A DNA stretch of 64,000 nt from contig JBFGJG010000001.1 of NCBI GenBank assembly GCA_041577295.1, positions 148,117 through 212,116 of the forward strand. Direction: 5' to 3'. Under the pieces are notes generated by a model. It was not told where the DNA came from. It saw nothing but the letters and a program-made list of their open reading frames with translations, and did no database searches. Below, piece by piece: positions 57,469 through 64,000 of this stretch (position 1 is the first letter of the stretch; every line of letters begins with the position of its first letter). Position numbers and translations under genes: made by a program. This stretch comes from Gemmatimonadales bacterium (GTDB lineage: Bacteria; Gemmatimonadota; Gemmatimonadetes; Gemmatimonadales; GWC2-71-9).

Positions 57469-60114
57469 ATGCCTGACGTCTACTGGTTCGGAAATGGCAG
57501 GGCCGACGGCCATGCTGGAATGAAGGATACCCTCGGGGGCAAAGGTGCGAACCTCGCCGAAATGACGAACCTCGGCATCCCGGTGCCGCCCGGCTTCACT
57601 ATCTCGGCTCAACAGTGCGGCGTCTATCTCGAACACGGCCGGCTGCCCGATGCGCTGCGCTCTGAGGTGGAACAAGCCATGCGCCGGCTCGAGCAAGCGA
57701 CCGGCCGCACGTTCGGCGATCCGCACACTCCGTTGCTGGTTTCGGTTCGCTCGGGCGCGAAGTTCTCGATGCCCGGCATGATGGACACCATTCTAAACCT
57801 GGGACTCAACCAACGGACCGTCGCGGCGCTAGCGAGGCAGTCCGGCAACGACCGTTTCGCGTTCGATTCGTACCGACGCTTCGTGCAGATGTACGCTCAA
57901 GTGGTCTTCGGTCTAGCCGGGCATGGCGGCAAAAACCCGTTTGAGGCGGCCCTCGAAGAGCTGAAGCAAGAGCGCGGCGTTGAACGGGATATCGATCTCG
58001 AGGCCAAGGACCTGCGAACCCTGGTGGACACCTATCGCTCGATCGTGGGGAACGGAACTGCGCGTCCGTTCCCCGATGATCCGTGGGACCAGCTGTGGGG
58101 CGCCATCGAGGCCGTCTTCAAGAGCTGGCAGACCAAGCGTGCCATCGACTATCGCCGGGTCCACCGGATACCCGATCACCTTGGAACCGCGGTCAACGTC
58201 GTCGCGATGGTCTACGGCAACATGGGCAACGATTCGGGTACCGGCGTGGCGTTCACCCGCGATCCCGCAACAGGTGAACAGCAGCTGTTTGGCGAGTTTT
58301 TGGTCAACGCACAAGGCGAAGACGTCGTGGCCGGCATACGCGATCCGGAACCCATTAGTCGCATGGATCAACGCTTGCCAAAGGCTGCCGAGCAGTTCCG
58401 TGAGATCTGCGCGCGCCTCGAGCAGCATTACCGCGACATGCAAGATGTGGAGTTCACCGTTGAACGCGGAAAGCTCTACCTGCTGCAAACCCGCACCGGG
58501 AAGCGAACGGCACAAGCCGCCGTTCGCATCGCGGTAGACATGGTAAAGGAGGGCTTGATCGACAGAGCCACGGCCATCAACCGAGTCGAGGCGGAGCAAC
58601 TCCACCAGCTGTTGCATCCCACCGTCGACCCCGCCGCCGATCTGGCCGTCCTGACGACTGGTCTGCCAGCATCACCCGGCGCGGCCGTCGGGACGGTCGT
58701 GTTCGACGCAGATATAGCGGCCGAACGCGGGCAGGCCGGAGAAGCGGTAGTGCTTGTCCGTCGGGAAACGAGCCCGGACGACTTTCACGGCATGGTCGCG
58801 GCGCAGGCGATCCTTACCGCACGGGGTGGGATGACCAGTCACGCTGCGGTCGTGGCGCGCGGGATGGGGAAGACCTGTGTGGTGGGCGCGCGAGATATGG
58901 TTGTAGACGAAACGGCTCGGTGCTTCCATATCGACTCACGTGCGGTACAAGAAGGTGAATGGATCACCGTCGATGGTTCATCGGGACGAGTGTTCTTGGG
59001 ACGCGCCCATTTGGTGGAGCCTCGGCCCTCTCCACAGCTGACCGAGCTCATGGGATGGGCAGACGACGTGCGACGACTACGCGTACGCGCGAACGCCGAC
59101 ACCCCGGCGGACGCGGCCAAGTCCCGCGAATTCGGTGCAGAGGGCATCGGTCTCTGCCGCACCGAGCACATGTTCTTCGAAGGGGACCGCATCACCAAAA
59201 TGCGCGAGATGATCTTGGCGACCGATGAGGCGGGCCGACGCCGCGCGTTGGATACGTTGGAGCCGATGCAGCGCGACGACTTCGTCGGCATCTTTCGCGC
59301 GATGGCCGGGTATCCGGTCACAATTCGCCTGCTCGATCCCCCACTGCATGAGTTCCTCCCCAAGGAAGAAGAGGACATTCAGGCCGTGGCCGTCGATCTC
59401 GGCACCGGTGTTGACCGCGTTCGCCGCACGGTCGAGAGTCTCACTGAAGCCAATCCGATGTTGGGGCATCGTGGCTGCCGATTGGGCATCACATACCCCG
59501 AGATCACGGAAATGCAGGCGCGGGCGATCTTCGAGGCCGCGTGCCAGGTCACCGCTGAGGGAATCGAAGTCCTCCCGGAAATCATGGTCCCGCTGGTCTC
59601 CCACGTTGAGGAGCTCCGCCGGCAGGCCCAGATCGTTCGCGACGTCGCGGAGGCCGTTTTTCATGAATCCGGTAGGCGCGTCGAGTACTTGGTGGGCACC
59701 ATGATCGAGTTGCCGCGCGCGGTCATGACGGCCGATGAGATCGCAGAGGCCGCCGAGTTCTTCTCGTTCGGCACCAACGACCTCACGCAGACGACATTTG
59801 GCTTGTCGCGCGACGACGCCGGTCGCTTTCTTCCTGCGTACATCGAGGCGGGCATCCTCGCCGACGACCCGTTTCAGACCCTGGACAGCGGTGTGGCCAA
59901 GCTCGTCGCCCTGGCAGTCGAGCTCGGCCGGAAGCGAAACCCCAAACTAAAGATCGGCATCTGCGGCGAACACGGTGGCGACCCCCGCTCCGTGGTTACG
60001 TGCCACCGACTCGGGCTGAATTACGTGAGCAGTTCGCCGTTTCGCGTCCCCATCGCCCGCCTTGCAGCCGCACAAGCCGCCCTGGGATCTATCGCAGAAA
60101 GCTCGACGGCATGA
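57469..60114 (+). CDS. ppdK: pyruvate, phosphate dikinase
   Basis: It has 'LGGKGANLAEM', the phospho-His region 'GGMTSHAAVVARGMG' and the PEP-utilising C-terminal domain 'GICGEHGG'. Confidence 0.95.
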   Translation: MPDVYWFGNGRADGHAGMKDTLGGKGANLAEMTNLGIPVPPGFTISAQQCGVYLEHGRLPDALRSEVEQAMRRLEQATGRTFGDPHTPLLVSVRSGAKFSMPGMMDTILNLGLNQRTVAALARQSGNDRFAFDSYRRFVQMYAQVVFGLAGHGGKNPFEAALEELKQERGVERDIDLEAKDLRTLVDTYRSIVGNGTARPFPDDPWDQLWGAIEAVFKSWQTKRAIDYRRVHRIPDHLGTAVNVVAMVYGNMGNDSGTGVAFTRDPATGEQQLFGEFLVNAQGEDVVAGIRDPEPISRMDQRLPKAAEQFREICARLEQHYRDMQDVEFTVERGKLYLLQTRTGKRTAQAAVRIAVDMVKEGLIDRATAINRVEAEQLHQLLHPTVDPAADLAVLTTGLPASPGAAVGTVVFDADIAAERGQAGEAVVLVRRETSPDDFHGMVAAQAILTARGGMTSHAAVVARGMGKTCVVGARDMVVDETARCFHIDSRAVQEGEWITVDGSSGRVFLGRAHLVEPRPSPQLTELMGWADDVRRLRVRANADTPADAAKSREFGAEGIGLCRTEHMFFEGDRITKMREMILATDEAGRRRALDTLEPMQRDDFVGIFRAMAGYPVTIRLLDPPLHEFLPKEEEDIQAVAVDLGTGVDRVRRTVESLTEANPMLGHRGCRLGITYPEITEMQARAIFEAACQVTAEGIEVLPEIMVPLVSHVEELRRQAQIVRDVAEAVFHESGRRVEYLVGTMIELPRAVMTADEIAEAAEFFSFGTNDLTQTTFGLSRDDAGRFLPAYIEAGILADDPFQTLDSGVAKLVALAVELGRKRNPKLKIGICGEHGGDPRSVVTCHRLGLNYVSSSPFRVPIARLAAAQAALGSIAESSTA

Positions 60115-61001
60115 GCGAACGCATCCGGATTGCGTCGCTGCAGTACTTCGTGCGGCCTGTCCGGGCCTTCTCAGATTTCCGCGCCCAGGTGGAGGCCTTG
60201 CTGGAGACGGCGGTCGACTACAACTGCCAGCTCGTCGTGTTCCCTGAGTACTTCACGGTACAGCTACTGACACTCGGCAACGTCAGGCGACCCATCGAAG
60301 AGCAGATTCGGGACCTCGCCTCCCAGCGCGAGAACTACGTCAGCCTGTTCAGTGAGTTGGCGAAAAAGTTCAAGGTCTACGTCGTCGGCGGCACCATTCC
60401 CGTGATCGAAGATTCGGCACCGCACGTCTACAACGAATGCCACTTTTTTGGCCCGTCAGGTGACTTCGGCGTGCAGGGCAAGCTCCATATGACCCGCTTT
60501 GAGAACGAAGAGTGGAAGATCACGCCGAGGACGCAGCTGCGGCTCTTCGAAACGAGCTACGGACGCGTCGCTGTCGCCATCTGCTATGATGTGGAGTTCC
60601 CCGAGATCGCACGGGCCGCCGCGCGCCAAGAAGCCCATATCCTCGTCGTCCCGAGCTGCACCGACGACCGTCAAGGGTTTCTCCGCGTCCGCTATTGCGC
60701 ACACGCACGAGCGATCGAGAACCAGATGTACGTCATTCAGTCTCACACCGTCGGTTCCTTGCCGATGGTCCCGGCGGTACACTTGAACTACGGCCAAGCC
60801 GCAATCCTCACCCCCAGTGATTTTCCGTTTGCACGGGACGGGATACTCGCCGAAGGTAACGTCAACCAAGAGATGATGGTGATCGGCGAGTTGAACCTCG
60901 AGACCATTACCCACTCTCGAGTGACAGGCACGGTCCTGCCACTCGAGGACTCTCGACGAACGGCAAGACTGGTTGAAACACTCGAGCTGCTGACGTTGTG
61001 A
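60111..61001 (+). CDS. carbon-nitrogen hydrolase (nitrilase superfamily) protein
   Basis: The Glu-Lys-Cys triad context is 'VVFPEYF', 'GKLHMTRFE' and 'VAICYDVEFPE'. The start forms an ATGA overlap with the ppdK stop. Confidence 0.85.
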   Translation: MSERIRIASLQYFVRPVRAFSDFRAQVEALLETAVDYNCQLVVFPEYFTVQLLTLGNVRRPIEEQIRDLASQRENYVSLFSELAKKFKVYVVGGTIPVIEDSAPHVYNECHFFGPSGDFGVQGKLHMTRFENEEWKITPRTQLRLFETSYGRVAVAICYDVEFPEIARAAARQEAHILVVPSCTDDRQGFLRVRYCAHARAIENQMYVIQSHTVGSLPMVPAVHLNYGQAAILTPSDFPFARDGILAEGNVNQEMMVIGELNLETITHSRVTGTVLPLEDSRRTARLVETLELLTL

Positions 61002-61726
61002 AGCCAAAGACGTCCCACATCGAGGTCCGCCAGACCCAACTCACGGACGTCCCCGCGGTCATCGCGCTGTGTCAAGCCGTGTACCCACAGTCTCCGCCTT
61101 GGAAACCAGAGCAACTCGAGTCCCATCTCGACCGCTTTCCCCACGGACAACTCGTTGCCGTCGAACGACCGACCGACCGGGTGGTGGGGATGGCGTCGAG
61201 CCTCATCGTCCGGTGGGACGAGTACGACATCGACGCCACGTGGCGCCACATGACCGCGTCCGGCTGGTTTACCAATCACGATCCCACCGGCCGTACCTTG
61301 TACGGCGCCGAGGTCATGGTGCACCCCGAGCTCCAGGGTCACGGGATAGGTAAGAGGCTCTATGCGGCCCGGCGCGATATCGCACGGGGCCTGGGATTGC
61401 TACGCATCCGGGCAGGGGCACGCCTCCGTGGCTACCACAGATACGCCAGCGACCTGTCACCCGAGGAGTATGTGTTGCGCATCCTGCGGGGGGAGCTCAG
61501 CGATCCCACCCTCAGCTTTCAGCTGAAGCAGCGGTTTCGCGTCATTGCCGTGGTTGAGGGATACCTGCGGAACGATCCCGAGAGCCTTGGCCATGCCGCC
61601 GTTATCGAGTGGATCAACCACCAAGTGGCAACCCGAGATGATTGGAAAGGGCGGGATCCGCGCTTTGGCAAGCCGCGCAAAACACCCAAGCAAAAGGACC
61701 TCCACAAGACTTCACATTCATCTTGA
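60998..61726 (+). CDS. GNAT family N-acetyltransferase
   Basis: The acetyl-CoA-binding motif is 'VHPELQGHGIGKRLY'. The start forms a GTGA overlap with the upstream stop. Confidence 0.75.
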   Translation: MKPKTSHIEVRQTQLTDVPAVIALCQAVYPQSPPWKPEQLESHLDRFPHGQLVAVERPTDRVVGMASSLIVRWDEYDIDATWRHMTASGWFTNHDPTGRTLYGAEVMVHPELQGHGIGKRLYAARRDIARGLGLLRIRAGARLRGYHRYASDLSPEEYVLRILRGELSDPTLSFQLKQRFRVIAVVEGYLRNDPESLGHAAVIEWINHQVATRDDWKGRDPRFGKPRKTPKQKDLHKTSHSS

Positions 61727-61985
61727 GGCTCTACATGTAATTAGCTGTTGAGCAACGATTTACCGTCTTCTTGGTAATCCACAATCGATGTGGAAAACCC
61801 TGGCGCCTGACGCATTTTCTCGTCGCCTCAATTAGCGCCACTAGCACCGTGTCCGGCACCCTTCGCCTAGATCGGATCAGCGGCGACAGGCGTTCGATCC
61901 GAAACAGCCCACTCCCTCGGGTACCATCAACACCTATATTCGGCGCAGCGGGGGTCGTGCCGACCACCCAACTCCACCCTAGGCG

Positions 61986-62825
61986 GTGTCAGTGCTGACG
62001 GTCCCACCAGTTCGCCCTTGCGTACTCGCGGCGCTCGTGCTCTCCGTGCCGGGCCCAGTATGGGGTCAGTCCGTCGGTGGGCGGGTGTTGACCGGAGCAC
62101 CCGAGCGTCCTCTGTCGGGAGCGTTCGTGCTGCTCCTCGACTCGGCAGGTGCGGTAACACGTGTCGTGGTAACTGATTCGGCGGGCATGTATGCCGTTCT
62201 CGCGCCATCGGATGGCCTCTACAACATCCGGGTCCGCCACGGCGGGTACGATATGGTGACGACTGCTCCGCTGCGCCTGAGGTCGGGCGAGTCTGTGCTG
62301 GCTGATCTGTTCTTGCCACAGACCGTGTTCGTGCTCGATCCCGTCACCGTCTCCGCATCCGCCACCACCGTGCCCACTGTCGGCGTGCTAGCCGGGTTCT
62401 ACAGACGGATGGCTCGGGGGTGGGGACATTTCATCACGCGCGAAGAGATCCAAAAGCGGGGAGCGCGACGGATCTCCGAGTTGCTACACGGGATTCCGGA
62501 CCTCCGGGTGATTCAGCGCAGCGAACTCGAAAGCACTATCCGAATCGGTACGGAGCTGTCCCGAGTCAACATCGGTCCGTTGAGCCTCGGGGAAGACGGG
62601 ATGCCCGAGGTCGTAGGAGACATGCCACTGCGGTGTGCCCCGCTCCTGTACGTCGACGGTTTGAAGTTCGGGCGGGTAGATGAGGTGCTGGATCAGGTCG
62701 GCCCGACCGAGATCGAAGGCATCGAAATCTACCGGCGCTCGTCGGAGGTGCCTCCCGAGTTTGGTGGCATATACGCGCGTTGTGGCGTGATCGTCGTTTG
62801 GACCCGACGTACCCGAACAAACTGA
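61986..62825 (+). CDS. secreted carboxypeptidase-regulatory-like domain protein with TonB-receptor plug-like C-terminus
   Basis: It has a signal peptide, 'GRVLTG...DSAGMYAVLAPSDGLYNIRVRHGGY' (CarboxypepD_reg-like) and the plug-like 'IEGIEIYR...GGIYARCGVIVVWT'. Confidence 0.5.
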   Translation: MSVLTVPPVRPCVLAALVLSVPGPVWGQSVGGRVLTGAPERPLSGAFVLLLDSAGAVTRVVVTDSAGMYAVLAPSDGLYNIRVRHGGYDMVTTAPLRLRSGESVLADLFLPQTVFVLDPVTVSASATTVPTVGVLAGFYRRMARGWGHFITREEIQKRGARRISELLHGIPDLRVIQRSELESTIRIGTELSRVNIGPLSLGEDGMPEVVGDMPLRCAPLLYVDGLKFGRVDEVLDQVGPTEIEGIEIYRRSSEVPPEFGGIYARCGVIVVWTRRTRTN

Positions 62826-62850
62826 GGGCCCAAGGATTCTCCTTAGGCCC
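62826..62850. terminator. bidirectional stem-loop between the convergent CDS and ssrA
   Basis: GGGCCCAAGGA-TTC-TCCTTAGGCCC forms an 11-position stem with one mismatch, immediately after the TGA at 62823-62825 and 14 nt beyond the tmRNA 3' end. A T-rich stretch (GTTTGTT) follows on the minus strand. Confidence 0.55.
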
Positions 62851-62863
62851 TCCGTGACTTTGA

Positions 62864-63218
62864 TGGAGGCGCGGGGAATCGAACCCCGGTCCGAACCTCG
62901 ATCCAATACCGCTTCTACGTGCGTAGACTACGCTCTTTGGTCTCCGCCGGGCGGCGCGCAGCCAGCCTCTCGACAGACGAGCTTCCAACATTCTCACACG
63001 TGGTGCGGAAGCGTCACCTCGTGCCAGCTCGATTCATCGATGCCCGTTACCCCGCCTCGAGCGGGCAGTGTAGCGGACAGGTGCGTCAGCTAGTGCTTAC
63101 GCAGCCAGAGCCAATTCAGTGTTGGCAATTGTGGTTTTTCCCAGTTGTTTCACCAGGGTACCGGGAACCTGGGCACGCTGCGATATCCTCACAAGACCCG
63201 TCGAAGCCAGTCGCCCCC
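62864..63218 (-). ncRNA. ssrA: transfer-messenger RNA (tmRNA, SsrA)
   Basis: On the minus strand, the 5' GGGGGCG pairs with the 3' CGCCUCC, including the G3:U alanine identity pair. A T-arm GGTTCGATTCC-type motif (GGGGTTCGATTCCCCG) is present. The tag reading frame GCC AAC ACT GAA TTG GCT CTG GCT GCG TAA encodes ANTELALAA* (63126-63097). The 3' CCA is not encoded; the discriminator A is followed by TCA. Confidence 0.9.
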
Positions 63219-63231
63219 TCTCCTATCGTAC

Positions 63232-63267
63232 GTAAACTACACTATGTAATATAGTTAAGTCGTTTAC
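63232..63267. promoter_or_regulatory. AT-rich nested palindrome between the GGDEF gene stop and the ssrA 5' end (terminator and/or ssrA promoter/operator region)
   Basis: GTAAAC (63232-63237) and GTTTAC (63262-63267) flank an inner ACTAT-N5-ATAGT. This is by far the most AT-rich stretch in its neighbourhood. Confidence 0.3.
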
Positions 63268-63272
63268 TCAGC

Positions 63273-64000
63273 TCAAGACGACGGATTGCCCCGCAACGAC
63301 GCATGAACTCGGTTGCGGCCGGCTCGCTTGGCCTTGTACAAGGCGGCGTCTGCCGCGGTAAACAGGTTCGCGACCTGACCTACGCTCTCCGGCACGGACG
63401 CCACCCCCACCGAGCACGTCATCTTGAGGTCGCTGCCGTCCCAGTGCAGTGCCGAATCCGCCAACCGGCCGCGAACCCGTTCCCCGACATCCACCGCCCT
63501 TGGGAGCGGGGTATCTGGCAGCCACAGCGCAAACTCCTCACCGCCGATGCGCGCCGCGAGATCGTTCTCGCGCAGGGTTCGACGGAAGACCTGAGCCACA
63601 TGCTTGAGCGCGGCGTCGCCGGCGACGTGCCCGTGTCCATCGTTGAACTGCTTGAAGTGATCGAGATCCACGCAGAGCATCGAGCAGGCCCCTTGAGACC
63701 ATCGTGCCAGGGCGCGATCGAGCGCACGCCTATTGGGCAAGCCGGTGAGTGGATCGGTCATTGCTCGTGTCTCCGCCGCCCGAACCTCCAAGGCGCTGGC
63801 GAGCCGCGGCCCGGCATCCACGGTAAGCCACAGAATGCGTTCGAGCGTCCCCGCATCGAGCGAGTCGTGATTCCCAAAGACGATCAGGGCGCCGATCCCT
63901 TCCCGCCCATCGCGCAGCGGAAACGCCGTGCCCCCGGAGCGGCGGAGACGCCGGTCGCTCCGACTCTGGCCGAGGAGGTCTTCGAACGTGGGGCCGACAA
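63273..64000 (-). CDS. diguanylate cyclase (GGDEF domain) with upstream GAF-like region; 5' end outside the window
   Basis: It has 'DPLTGLPNRRAL', 'DLDHFKQFNDGHGH' and the active site 'RIGGEEFALW'. The frame stays open from 63822 to the window end and encodes 'AFPLRDGREGIGALIVFGNHD' (GAF-like), so the GTG at 63821 in the ORF track is probably internal. Confidence 0.85.
   Translation of the reverse strand, partial: VGPTFEDLLGQSRSDRRLRRSGGTAFPLRDGREGIGALIVFGNHDSLDAGTLERILWLTVDAGPRLASALEVRAAETRAMTDPLTGLPNRRALDRALARWSQGACSMLCVDLDHFKQFNDGHGHVAGDAALKHVAQVFRRTLRENDLAARIGGEEFALWLPDTPLPRAVDVGERVRGRLADSALHWDGSDLKMTCSVGVASVPESVGQVANLFTAADAALYKAKRAGRNRVHASLRGNPSS

Noticed and set aside
61731-61967. A 78-aa minus-strand ORF and a 75-aa plus-strand ORF (61771-61998) in the AT-rich spacer after the GNAT gene.
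   Set aside because: They are short, have no motifs and overlap each other. Composition differs from the neighbouring genes. They are more likely non-coding spacer.
61727-63272. A mobile element or genomic island integrated at ssrA.
   Set aside because: There is no integrase, transposase or phage gene within the window, and I could find no duplicated ssrA 3' segment by eye. Only compositional hints remain; these are reported with low interest.
1-64000. CRISPR arrays, tRNA or rRNA genes, and riboswitches (cobalamin upstream of the B12 enzymes, M-box upstream of mgtE, ZTP or purine upstream of the pur genes, T-box upstream of aspS or trp).
   Set aside because: There are no regularly spaced direct repeats. 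The only tRNA-like T-arm found belongs to the tmRNA. The candidate target genes have overlapping or very short upstream junctions that leave no room for a leader, except for aspS, where I could not find the T-box core GGTGGTACCGCG-type sequence.

Overview
GC-rich bacterial chromosomal segment, almost entirely coding. I call about 57 protein genes and one tmRNA (ssrA). I found no rRNA, tRNA, CRISPR array, transposase or integrase. Many of the long ORFs in the six-frame track are antisense shadows typical of high-GC DNA and were discarded. The phylum cannot be determined from the sequence alone.

Gene order:
- 1-6419: lipid-type cluster with a Tes/GDGT-MAS-like radical SAM enzyme, two B12-binding radical SAM enzymes, an orphan ORF and a PlsC acyltransferase.
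- 31321 down to 5586: a run of 21 minus-strand genes. These are aspS, phoH-pgpH-ybeY, two CNNM/CorC genes, a DUF502 gene, mgtE, meaB, a split ICM-like acyl-CoA mutase interrupted by an eRF1-like gene, an acyl-CoA carboxyltransferase, a secreted S8 peptidase, AtuA genes, an enoyl-CoA hydratase, an MBL hydrolase, recQ, a purine permease and plsC.
- 31624-35221: an outer-membrane protein gene and rlmN on the plus strand, then folB, folK, a YqeK-like gene and a LytR_C gene on the minus strand.
- 35256-45031: a trp operon (trpD / lexA / trpC-trpB-[HEAT]-[HD-GYP]-trpA-[GAF-MCP]) with signalling genes inserted between trpB and trpA.
- 45162-61726: plus-strand run of truA, fsa/tal, htrA, purB, purC, psd, pssA, purS, purQ, a BamE-like gene, a Zn-ribbon gene, purL, purF, ppdK, a C-N hydrolase gene and a GNAT gene.
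- 61986-64000: a CarboxypepD_reg/plug protein gene, ssrA, and a 5'-truncated GAF-GGDEF gene.

Most interesting observations:
1. The bacterial Tes-like plus class-B radical SAM plus PlsC cluster is a candidate membrane-spanning or methyl-branched lipid locus.
2. A HEAT protein and an HD-GYP protein that share a paralogous N-terminal domain, plus a GAF-MCP, are translationally coupled inside the trp operon.
3. An acyl-CoA mutase with the ICM-type Phe/Gln signature has its two subunit genes separated by an eRF1/Vms1-like gene.
4. An in-frame TAG sits at a conserved Gln codon of the essential aspS.
5. At least 24 gene junctions have 4-nt ATGA/GTGA stop-start overlaps.

All functional calls come from motif recognition by eye. 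No database search was run.
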